A stretch of 64,000 nt of DNA from an uncultured bacterium (GTDB lineage: Bacteria; Verrucomicrobiota; Kiritimatiellia; RFP12; UBA1067): NCBI GenBank assembly GCA_902800055.1, contig CADCCW010000005.1:27217-91216 (forward strand), read 5' to 3'. Under the pieces are notes generated by a model that was not told the DNA's origin, did no database searches, and worked only from the letters and a program-made list of their open reading frames with translations. Made by a program: the position numbers and the translations under genes. Positions 25,973 to 34,034 of the stretch are shown piece after piece. The stretch's first letter is position 1. Each line of letters opens with the position of its first letter.

Positions 25973-26905
25973 TTAGTCGCCGGCGAAGAGCGGGGTGGAG
26001 AAATAGCGCTCCGCGGTGTCGGGCAGAACCGTAACAACGGTCTTGCCGGGGCCGAGCTTCCGCGCGAGCTGCAGCGCCGCGTAGACGTTCGTGCCGGACG
26101 ATATCCCGGCGAGGAGCCCCTCGCGGCGCGCGAGGTCGCGGGCGGTCTCGAGCGCGTCGCGGTCGGACACGATGCAGATGTGCGAGTAGATCTTCGTGTT
26201 CAGGTTGTCGGGGATGAGCCCGTCGCCGATGCCCATCTGCAGGTGGGTGCCCACGGTGCCGCCGGCGAGGATCGCGGCGTTCTCCGGCTCGACGGCCCAG
26301 ATCTCGATGTCAGGGTTCTGCGCCTTCAGCACCTCGCCGATGCCGCTCAGGGTGCCGCCGGTGCCGATGCCGGAGCAGAAGCCGTGGATCGGGCGCGCCG
26401 CCTGCTCCATGATCTCGAGAGCAGTGTGGAGCTTGTGCGCGGCCGGGTTGGCCGGGTTCGAGAACTGCTGCGGCACGTACACGCGCGGGTCGGCGCGGCG
26501 CATCTCCTCGGCGCGGCGCACGCACTCGGCGATGGCGTCGCCGATGTTGCCGGCGTCGTGCACAAGCACCACCTCGGCGCCGTAGTGGCGCATCAGCTTG
26601 CGCCGCTCCTCGGAGACGGAGTCCGGCATGATGATGACCGTGCGGTAGCCGCGCACCGCACCGACGAGCGCGAGGCCTATGCCCTGGTTGCCGCTGGTCG
26701 GCTCCACAATCACGGAGTCGGGCCCAATGAGCCCCTTCGCCTCCGCGTCGCAGATCATGTTCCACGCCGTGCGCGTCTTGATGGACCCGCCGACGTTGAG
26801 CGCCTCGAACTTCACCAACACCTCGGCCGAGCCCGGCTCCACCATCCGGTGCAGCCTCACGAGCGGCGTGTGCCCGATCGCATCCAGTATCGTGTCAGAA
26901 ATCAT
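25973..26905 (-). CDS. cysK: Cysteine synthase A
   Basis: IGHTPLV, KFEALNVGGSIKTR (PLP Lys), EPTSGNQGIGLA, QQFSNPAN, GIGTGGT, QMGIGDG, GISSG, PDTAERY. Confidence 0.94.
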   Translation of the reverse strand: MISDTILDAIGHTPLVRLHRMVEPGSAEVLVKFEALNVGGSIKTRTAWNMICDAEAKGLIGPDSVIVEPTSGNQGIGLALVGAVRGYRTVIIMPDSVSEERRKLMRHYGAEVVLVHDAGNIGDAIAECVRRAEEMRRADPRVYVPQQFSNPANPAAHKLHTALEIMEQAARPIHGFCSGIGTGGTLSGIGEVLKAQNPDIEIWAVEPENAAILAGGTVGTHLQMGIGDGLIPDNLNTKIYSHICIVSDRDALETARDLARREGLLAGISSGTNVYAALQLARKLGPGKTVVTVLPDTAERYFSTPLFAGD

Positions 26906-26912
26906 GTAGTGT

Positions 26913-26921
26913 ATTATACCA
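26913..26921 (-). promoter_or_regulatory. Extended -10 promoter TGGTATAAT, 7 nt before the cysK ATG (leaderless geometry)
   Basis: TATAAT-acactac-ATG. Confidence 0.8.
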
Positions 26922-27094
26922 AATCCGCCGCGGGAAGTGCCGCGGCTCAGCGGGGGAGAAATGCACCTGCGCCGAAGGCGCATCCCCTCCCAGCTTCGCC
27001 GCCCACTTTGCATACCTTGCGTCATAAGGCAAAGCACCGCAACATAGACATAACTGCCACGCCGAGATTACCACCGACAGCCAAACACCTCAGC

Positions 27095-28873
27095 TCACAA
27101 AGCCCCCTTGCCGTGGCATACTGGGCACTCTACATCGCGCTCGATTCGAATGCGGCCTCGCCTTTTACATTTGGGGCAATCAAAGCCAGCCTTGGATTTT
27201 TTGGTTCTCGATCTATCACCAACATGGTGACTGTTCTCTAATTCAATTTCGTGCGTAATTACTCCTTGTCCACCACACCCATCACACGGCTCGAGAACTG
27301 CCGTTTTCACCGAGCCCTGCCCACGGCATTTGTAACACTTTACCGGACCGCTGGTCTTTTGACCTGTCTGCCCGCCTCTTTTTATTTTCTTCTCGGCAGA
27401 TTTTTTCTTGCCTCTTTCAACAATCAACTCGCAATCTGCAAGATACTTGTCAACTGCGGATTCTTCCACCACCTCCATGTTCATTTCCCTCGCCTTACGC
27501 TCAAACTCCTTCTGAGCAAAGCTATTCTCAGCCGCAATCTTTAGTTCTTCCTCATCCTCCAGCACGGCAATATCACGAAGCCGTTCCCAATCCTCCCGCG
27601 CCCTTTGACGAACTTCGTAATTGATGTTGCCATGATAATGATACTGGAATTCCCGCGGTATATGAATAAGGCCGCTTATGTCTTTCTTTGTTATGCCCCC
27701 ATCATAGAACACGACTGTGCGTCGCATCTTTTTGGGAACCGGCGGTTTTATTGCCTTGGCGCTACGCTTTAATCTTCTTTCCAAAACATCTCTGACCGGA
27801 GCCTCTATGCTTTCCCACGAGACAACATCATCTGCGCTACAAATTCCAAGATCACAAACCCGCTCCCCGTTTTTCTTCTGCAATGTGACATGATATCTCT
27901 TGTCTGGAGTATTGATTCCTAACGCAAGCGTGATGTCCAAGAGCTTTCCAAGATCCGCCTCGTAAGGGACAAAAGCCTTCCCGCGATCTGGCACAGGGTA
28001 TCTCCCTGTATTCCTTGCGACACCACAGATTATCACCTTGCCACCCTTTACGAGAAGCCCCGCCCTTGATTCTGGTGAAGGTATGGCAAATCCGTCAGGA
28101 GCCTTTTCAGGCAATTTGTCTGGATATATAACCCATACTTCGACACCATTCTTGATTTCATAAATTCTACCATCACGGCTAAAGGACTCATCAACATAAC
28201 AAACAACACCAGTCGCATTCCCAGAAGAACTGTCCTTCATGACATCAAGATAAAAATATGTCGTCGCCAATCCGAATGCTTCACGCACTCGACGATAATT
28301 CTCCTGTGCGGCTGAAATCTTTTCAATCTCGCGTCTTTTCGCCTCGCTTTCCTCGCGCGCTCTCCGACGCTCTTCCAGGCGCTCTTGCTCCAACCTCGCA
28401 TCCTCTGCCTCGCGCTCACGCCGAAGCCTCTGCTCCCGCTCTTCCGCCTCTTTGCGTTCATGTTCCAATTCCGCCGCCCTTTCCGCTGCCGCTCTCGCCG
28501 CCTCGGCGCGTTCCCTGTCCATTCGCAATTGGTCTTCATACGCCTGCCTCCGTTCGAATTTTCTATACTGAACAAGGCCAAACACAACTGCCGCGGCTAA
28601 CACCGCCGCGACTATGATATTGCGCACTGTTCCCGATTTGTCATTTGATGCTACCATATCGGAATCCAATCTCCTAATCGACCCAATGTTATTCTTTTTA
28701 AAATGAATCTTAGTGTTCGGAGAAACGCCCGATGCCTTTGGTGGATTTTGCATATTCCGTTCCTTGGTGTATGAAAACTTACAATTGCAGTATGGACATA
28801 TGATGTGCTGACCATCTGAGATCTCGTCTGGCACTTCTAACTGCGCCTTGCAAGAACGGCATTCTATTATCAT
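27095..28873 (-). CDS. Hypothetical membrane protein: N-terminal zinc ribbon, TM, coiled coil, C-terminal DnaJ-type CxxCxGxG zinc finger
   Basis: MIIECRSCKAQL...ICPYCNCKF; TM IIVAAVLAAAVVFGLV; E/R-rich coil; CYKCRGQG, CDGCGGQG, CPKCKRRG, CPVCHGKG; ATGA overlap with the upstream gene. Confidence 0.75.
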   Translation of the reverse strand: MIIECRSCKAQLEVPDEISDGQHIICPYCNCKFSYTKERNMQNPPKASGVSPNTKIHFKKNNIGSIRRLDSDMVASNDKSGTVRNIIVAAVLAAAVVFGLVQYRKFERRQAYEDQLRMDRERAEAARAAAERAAELEHERKEAEEREQRLRREREAEDARLEQERLEERRRAREESEAKRREIEKISAAQENYRRVREAFGLATTYFYLDVMKDSSSGNATGVVCYVDESFSRDGRIYEIKNGVEVWVIYPDKLPEKAPDGFAIPSPESRAGLLVKGGKVIICGVARNTGRYPVPDRGKAFVPYEADLGKLLDITLALGINTPDKRYHVTLQKKNGERVCDLGICSADDVVSWESIEAPVRDVLERRLKRSAKAIKPPVPKKMRRTVVFYDGGITKKDISGLIHIPREFQYHYHGNINYEVRQRAREDWERLRDIAVLEDEEELKIAAENSFAQKEFERKAREMNMEVVEESAVDKYLADCELIVERGKKKSAEKKIKRGGQTGQKTSGPVKCYKCRGQGSVKTAVLEPCDGCGGQGVITHEIELENSHHVGDRSRTKKSKAGFDCPKCKRRGRIRIERDVECPVCHGKGAL

Positions 28874-30159
28874 TCTCTTACTCCTTTCTCGTATTTTCCA
28901 GCGCGCTTCATCACTACACGCACCTCTTTCGTGCCTCGCCAATCATATCGACATTTCAATTCCCCCCTCCACCTCCACTCGTCATCGTCGTATTCCAACA
29001 CCGCTTCAACTGGGAAACCACGCTTCTCAAGGCCACCATACAACCGCGCAGCTTTGCCACATTCAACATAATCCTCCTTGAAGCCGCATATTGGCTTCAC
29101 CCTAGCCTTAACATCTTGATTGTCAGCTTCTGCAATCAGCACAATATGAAGCCCCAGCTCTTCTCTCGCAACATCATTCCATTCTCGGACATCCCCTACC
29201 TCTCCACACTCGCTGATGATCCAGTCGGTTATCTCCATTAGATCTTTCCACTCCTTGCGCAGCATACATAATCGAGCATTAAGCATGGCCTTACGAATTC
29301 GCACATCGTTTTCACGTTTGTTGACATCAGCTGCATCCACGGAAGTCCTATCCATTCGTTCTGCAGCCCCCTCGCCATAATTTAGTACAAGGACAAGTGC
29401 CTCCGAGGCGTTTGAGACAACTTTCTCTGCGCGCAATGTTCGCCCAGGGATCCCGTTAACACATTTCACGTCCTTAGGCATAAACTCACGAACGGTCTTC
29501 ATGTTAATTGCATAGTTAGCTCCAATGCTTGCCCCATGCGCCGATGCGACAATTACTCCAACCATATGCCCATACTCGTCAACGACTGGCCCGCCCGAGC
29601 AACCGCCAGCGATAGTGGCATCCATCTGGAAGTTGTCCTTTTGTCCTTTGTAGCCAGTTAAGCTGCTGACGATTCCCTTTGTTGCCTTAGGCTCAAAACC
29701 CAGCACATTCGGATTGGGGAAACCGACCGCATACACCGTCTGCCCAATTGAGCAACCAGATGACAACGGAAGAAATGACACTTTCGGAACACTGCATTCT
29801 GTTAGATTATAGACGCCATTTGTCATCCGTGGGAATAGATTGACCTTCATAAGCGCAAGATCGCGCTTCTTGTTCTTGGAAACAATAATTGCACGATAAG
29901 CCACATCGCCGTGCACAACGACGACTTCCGAGCTGTTCTCGACAACATGATGATTTGTCAGTATATAACCATCCTCCGTGATGAAGAACCCGGAACCATA
30001 CGCCGACAAGTGCGTTTTGCCTCTCTTGGCTTTCTCGGTAAGTCTTTCAAAGTCCTTTGGCTTTACTCCATCACGAATGAAGGAGTCAATAACCATCTTG
30101 TCGGACGACGGTCCGACAATCATCCAATTGGCAAGAAGGCATGCGGCGAATACACTCAT
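28870..30159 (-). CDS. Trypsin-like (S1C/HtrA-like) serine protease without PDZ
   Basis: GSGFFITEDGYILTNHHVV (His), RDLALMK (Asp), AVGFP, KGIVSS, QMDATIAGGCSGGPVV (Ser). Confidence 0.88.
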   Translation of the reverse strand: MSVFAACLLANWMIVGPSSDKMVIDSFIRDGVKPKDFERLTEKAKRGKTHLSAYGSGFFITEDGYILTNHHVVENSSEVVVVHGDVAYRAIIVSKNKKRDLALMKVNLFPRMTNGVYNLTECSVPKVSFLPLSSGCSIGQTVYAVGFPNPNVLGFEPKATKGIVSSLTGYKGQKDNFQMDATIAGGCSGGPVVDEYGHMVGVIVASAHGASIGANYAINMKTVREFMPKDVKCVNGIPGRTLRAEKVVSNASEALVLVLNYGEGAAERMDRTSVDAADVNKRENDVRIRKAMLNARLCMLRKEWKDLMEITDWIISECGEVGDVREWNDVAREELGLHIVLIAEADNQDVKARVKPICGFKEDYVECGKAARLYGGLEKRGFPVEAVLEYDDDEWRWRGELKCRYDWRGTKEVRVVMKRAGKYEKGVRE

Positions 30160-31373
30160 TTCCCCGCCTCCACTTCGTTTATGGATTTTGCTATGCTGTT
30201 TGCGATCTCCTTACGCAGCGCCTCTAGCTCCTCTGCGTTAAGAAAATCTATATTAACAGCCTTCTGCTTCAAATAATCTAGGTGGCGCTTCGCGGTCGTC
30301 AGCACCTCACCTCGAAATTTGCGCGCAGCCATGATTGCTTCGCTAATCCTCAGCAGCGACATCGCCTCGAATTCCCTCGCACGATTGTATATGTCCTGTT
30401 CGTGATCGCGCTCCAAAAGGGCGAGGTCATTCTCCAACGTCAGCGTCTTGCCTGCTTTGTCAAAAGCCCGTCTAGCCTCTGTTTCAGCCTCTGTCGCATC
30501 CATGTGAAGAAGATTTGCTCCAGCCAAACCAGTAATGTCCTCAAGCTGGCTCAACTGATTCTGCAATAATGAATTTGTAGTTTCCAGTTCTTTAATTCTT
30601 CGTTTGTGCCACGGCGACTTCGACTTGTTCGCCAACAACCTTTCGAGCTCCTTATCATTGTCAGCTAATTGCTTCTTGATCTTTTCTATCCGTTTTGGAT
30701 CGGCATTCTTCTGATACGAAGCATACTTGTCGCGCGCTGCTTTGAGTCGCCGGTTTACCTTCTCATCAGCCCCATTTACAGTTTCGTCATATTTTGCAAC
30801 ATTTGAGCGAATTCGCTTCTGGTAACGTTCGTCAACATCCTTTATCTTCTGCATTTCCGCCTCAAATTCAGATCGCAACGCCGATAGATCACTGCCACAA
30901 TATATGCGAGCCAAACGATTCATGACAACTGACGAAAGAATAGCCCGCACTCGCTCGATCTTGTCCCTATGTATATCTCCTCGCTTCTCGGCGCTCGCCA
31001 CCCTTGCCGAATTTGCGTTCTCAATTGCCCGCAGTTCACCTTCCAGAGCCTCTTGATCTATATCAATCTTTTGAAGATTGATCTCAGCTGTCTCCACTTC
31101 CACCCGAAGACGCTCTTCTTCCCGATCAACATACCGGATAAACATACGCATTGCGTCATCCTTGGCAAGAGCCTCCGACCGCTCCTTGCGGACGCGCTCG
31201 TCCTCTGCCTTTTTCTTTTCCTCATATTCACGCTCTCGCGCTTCAGACTCTTTCCTCTGCTCCAGACTGCGAATGTACGCACGCTCTCTGTCAGCACGAT
31301 CATTTTCTGTAACGTACCAGAAAACTGCCGCAGTCAACGTCGATATGAACATTATCAATACGACAACCTTCAC
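30156..31373 (-). CDS. Hypothetical membrane-anchored coiled-coil protein
   Basis: N-terminal TM (VVVLIMFISTLTAAVFWYV), then about 380 aa of E/K/R/A-rich helical sequence; GTG start with AAGGGGG SD. Confidence 0.75.
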   Translation of the reverse strand: MKVVVLIMFISTLTAAVFWYVTENDRADRERAYIRSLEQRKESEAREREYEEKKKAEDERVRKERSEALAKDDAMRMFIRYVDREEERLRVEVETAEINLQKIDIDQEALEGELRAIENANSARVASAEKRGDIHRDKIERVRAILSSVVMNRLARIYCGSDLSALRSEFEAEMQKIKDVDERYQKRIRSNVAKYDETVNGADEKVNRRLKAARDKYASYQKNADPKRIEKIKKQLADNDKELERLLANKSKSPWHKRRIKELETTNSLLQNQLSQLEDITGLAGANLLHMDATEAETEARRAFDKAGKTLTLENDLALLERDHEQDIYNRAREFEAMSLLRISEAIMAARKFRGEVLTTAKRHLDYLKQKAVNIDFLNAEELEALRKEIANSIAKSINEVEAGK

Positions 31374-31454
31374 TTCCGCCCCCTTTCTTGCCGCTGTTGT
31401 TCATTGGGAAAACGCCGGCGGCAAAAGAGCGGCGCACTCCCGAAATTCACATCT

Positions 31455-31575
31455 CAGTAGAGGCACCGCTAAGAGCCTGTTTGGAAATATGAACGAAGAA
31501 GTGCGCCGCGTGATTGTCACGCAACGCACAGCCCGTATTTCACTTCCAAACTGAAAAATTAGCGGTTTTCCACTG
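31455..31575. repeat. Long imperfect palindrome (about 120 nt rod hairpin)
   Basis: Nested arms: CAGT/ACTG, ACCGCTAA(31465-72)/TTAGCGGT(31559-66), GTTTGGAA(31479-86)/TTCCAAAC(31544-51), GTGCG/CGCAC, GCGTGA-ttg-TCACGC. Confidence 0.7.
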
Positions 31576-31804
31576 AAGCTACTTTACGTACTGCTGCGTA
31601 CGTCTCCTCCTTGTGGCGAGACTCCTTCACGCTATGCTTGGGCAGGACGCCGACTTTGGAGGATTTGCCGCGGGCGTCAATTGCGTTTCCGCGGCTCTGC
31701 GATGACGGAACTACTGCAGGCTTGCTCCGCCGTTGGGAAAGAGCGTTCGTCGCTCTCGCGATATAGCCGTAGACGCCAGCCCGTCAGCGGCTGAAAGTGT
31801 TCGT

Positions 31805-31815
31805 ATTATACCATA
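31805..31815 (-). promoter_or_regulatory. Extended -10 promoter TATGGTATAAT with no adjacent ORF
   Basis: ATTATACCATA on the plus strand; the nearest downstream start is 430 nt away (31373). Confidence 0.7.
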
Positions 31816-32064
31816 TTCTATGCATGTTGTGGTGAAAACTGCCGCGGAGTCCCCAGCATCCACTAGTTAGCGGACGCGCTTGCGGTGCGGCGGAGGGCGG
31901 GGAGCCGGCCCGACGACGTGATTCGAGACCTAAGCGCCTTCGGAACGGATGCGAGTTCCGGTCAGTGTCGAGAATCCCGAGCTCGGCACGTTAGGAGGCC
32001 GAGCGTTCGGCGGGCCGAGCTCCACCGCCCGAAGCCGTGAAAGACGGACGTGTAGGCCGAACGC

Positions 32065-32865
32065 TTAGGCGTAGAAGTTGCCCAGGGCGCGGAGCTTCGA
32101 ATAGCGCTCTTCGACCAGCTGGTCGACGGGGACCTTCGCCAGTTCCTTGAGCGCCTTGAGCACGGCCTTCTTCACGTTTGCCGCGGCGGCGGCGTGGTTC
32201 GTCTGGGCGCCGCCGGCGGGCTCGGGCACGATCTCGTCGATCGCCTTGAGCCGCTTGAGATCGCGGGCGGTGATCTTGAGCGCCTTCGCGGCCTCAGGGG
32301 CCTTGGAGCCGTCGCGCCAGAGGATGCCGGCGCAGCCCTCGGGCGAGATCACCGAGTAGACGGCGTTCTCGAGCATCAGCACGCGGTCGCCGACGGCAAT
32401 CGCGAGCGCGCCGCCGGATCCGCCCTCGCCGGTGACGACGACCACCACCGGCGTGCGGAGACGGGCGAAGAACTCGAGCGACTTCGCGATCGCCTCGGCC
32501 TGGCCGCGCTCCTCGGCCTCGCGGCCGGGATAGGCGCCGGGGGTGTCGACGAAGGTGACGACCGGCAGGTGGAACTTCTCGGCGAGCTTCGCGAGCCGCA
32601 TCGCCTTGCGGTAGCCGTCGGGGTTGGCCATGCCGAAGTTGGCCTCCATGTTCTCCTCGACCGTCGCGCCCTTGTTGTGGCCGAGGACGAGGCACTTGAC
32701 GCCGCCGATCGTGGCGAAGCCGCCCACGAGGGCGCGGTCGTCGTTGACGAGCCGGTCGCCGTGGAGCTCCGTGAAGTCGGAGCAGATGCGCGCAATGAAG
32801 TCCTTGAGGTGCGGCCGCTTCGGGTCGCGCGCAAGCTTCACGCAGTCCATTGCACTCTTAGCCAT
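32065..32865 (-). CDS. accA: Acetyl-CoA carboxylase carboxyltransferase alpha
   Basis: ARDPKRP, ELHGDR, NFGMANPDGYRKAMRL, FVDTPGAYPG, GEGGSGGALA, YSVISPEGCA. Confidence 0.96.
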   Translation of the reverse strand: MAKSAMDCVKLARDPKRPHLKDFIARICSDFTELHGDRLVNDDRALVGGFATIGGVKCLVLGHNKGATVEENMEANFGMANPDGYRKAMRLAKLAEKFHLPVVTFVDTPGAYPGREAEERGQAEAIAKSLEFFARLRTPVVVVVTGEGGSGGALAIAVGDRVLMLENAVYSVISPEGCAGILWRDGSKAPEAAKALKITARDLKRLKAIDEIVPEPAGGAQTNHAAAAANVKKAVLKALKELAKVPVDQLVEERYSKLRALGNFYA

Positions 32866-32880
32866 GGTGAGATCTCCTAA

Positions 32881-33711
32881 CTAGAATCCCCAGTAGCCGA
32901 GCATCTTGGCGATGAAGCCCTTCATCTCCTTCCGCTCGACGATCTTGTCGATGAAGCCATGCTTCTCCAGGTACTCGGCGCTCTGGAAGTCGTCCGGCAG
33001 CTTCTGGTGGATGGTGTTCTCGATCACCCTGCGCCCGGCGAAGCCGATGAGCGCCCTGGGCTCGGTTATGTTGATGTCGCCGAGCATCGCGAACGAGGCG
33101 GAGACGCCGCCGGTGGTGGGGTCGGTGAGCACCGAGATGTAGGGGAGCCCCGCCTCCTTGAGCTTCGCGATCGCGGCGGAGGTCTTGGCCATCTGCATGA
33201 GCGAGAGGATGCCCTCCTGCATCCGCGCGCCGCCGGAGGCGCAGAACAGGACGAGCGGCAGCCGCTCCGCGACGGCGCGCTCGCAGGCGCGGGCAATGCG
33301 CTCGCCGGTGCCGGTGCCGAGCGACCCGCCCATGAACGCGAAATCCATCACTCCGAGCATCGCGGGGTGGCCGTCGATGCGGCAGACGCCCATCACCACC
33401 GACTCCGTCTCGCCGCTCTTGGCGATCGCGGCCTCGACCTTGTCGCGGTAGGAGCCGGACGCGTCGCGGAACTCGAGGTGGTCAGAGTAGCTCACCTCGC
33501 GGAACACCTCCTCGAACGAGCCTTCGTCGGCGACGAGCGCGATGCGCGCGCGCACCGGCAGCCGGCCGTGGTAGTTGCACTTGGGGCAGATTCCGCCGGC
33601 CTTCTTCCAGGCGGCCTTGCCAAAGTGGCTCTTGCACTTCGGGCACACCGCCCAGACCGCCTTCTCCGGCGGGATTGCGGGCTTCTCGGTCTTGGGAACA
33701 AACCAGGACAT
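32881..33711 (-). CDS. accD: Acetyl-CoA carboxylase carboxyltransferase beta
   Basis: Zn finger CPKC...CPKC, DFAFMGGSLG, SGGARMQEGILSLMQMAKT, PTTGGVSASFA, IGFAGRRVIE. Confidence 0.96.
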   Translation of the reverse strand: MSWFVPKTEKPAIPPEKAVWAVCPKCKSHFGKAAWKKAGGICPKCNYHGRLPVRARIALVADEGSFEEVFREVSYSDHLEFRDASGSYRDKVEAAIAKSGETESVVMGVCRIDGHPAMLGVMDFAFMGGSLGTGTGERIARACERAVAERLPLVLFCASGGARMQEGILSLMQMAKTSAAIAKLKEAGLPYISVLTDPTTGGVSASFAMLGDINITEPRALIGFAGRRVIENTIHQKLPDDFQSAEYLEKHGFIDKIVERKEMKGFIAKMLGYWGF

Positions 33712-33733
33712 CGCATTCCTCCTTGGGTTTAGA

Positions 33734-34030
33734 TCAGCTTTCGGCTCCCTCGACGATCTTGGGGAGCAGGAACTCGTCGCCAGTGCGCGCCGGCGCGTTG
33801 GCGAGCGCGGTCTCGGCGGGGAGAGACTCCCCGACCACGTCCTCGCGGAAGACGTTCACGAGCTCGCGCCCGTGCATCATCGGGGGGACGCCGTCGACGT
33901 CGACGGACGAAATCTTCTCCACATACTCGACAATGCTCTCGAGCTGCGGCTGGAAAGTCGCCTTCTCCTCCTCGGTGAGCTCCAGCCGCGCGAGCTCGGC
34001 AACATAGGAAACGTCGATCTTCATCGCCAT
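33734..34030 (-). CDS. gatC: Asp-tRNA(Asn)/Glu-tRNA(Gln) amidotransferase subunit C
   Basis: IDVSYVAELARLEL, NVFRED, ALANAP...FLLPKIVE; start could be 34024. Confidence 0.9.
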   Translation of the reverse strand: MAMKIDVSYVAELARLELTEEEKATFQPQLESIVEYVEKISSVDVDGVPPMMHGRELVNVFREDVVGESLPAETALANAPARTGDEFLLPKIVEGAES

Positions 34031-34034
34031 GCCC

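Larger units (their letters stand above)
27040..31570 (-). other. Low-GC genomic islet (three coupled genes), probably horizontally acquired
   Basis: Sampled 60-nt lines give 33-60% GC against about 72% in the flanking cysK; many A/T-ending codons; no mobility gene. Boundaries approximate. Confidence 0.8.

Noticed and set aside
26922-32064. tRNA/tmRNA attachment site or integrase for the island
   Set aside because: I found no GGTTCGA-type T-loop with cloverleaf, no CCA end, no recombinase or transposase ORF, and no clear perfect direct repeats. The island is therefore not called a mobile element.
31861-32064. GC-rich hairpins after accA (e.g. GAGCGTTCGGC...GCCGAACGCTT)
   Set aside because: Most simply explained as the accA terminator or REP-like DNA; there is no promoter or RNA-family motif to support a separate gene.
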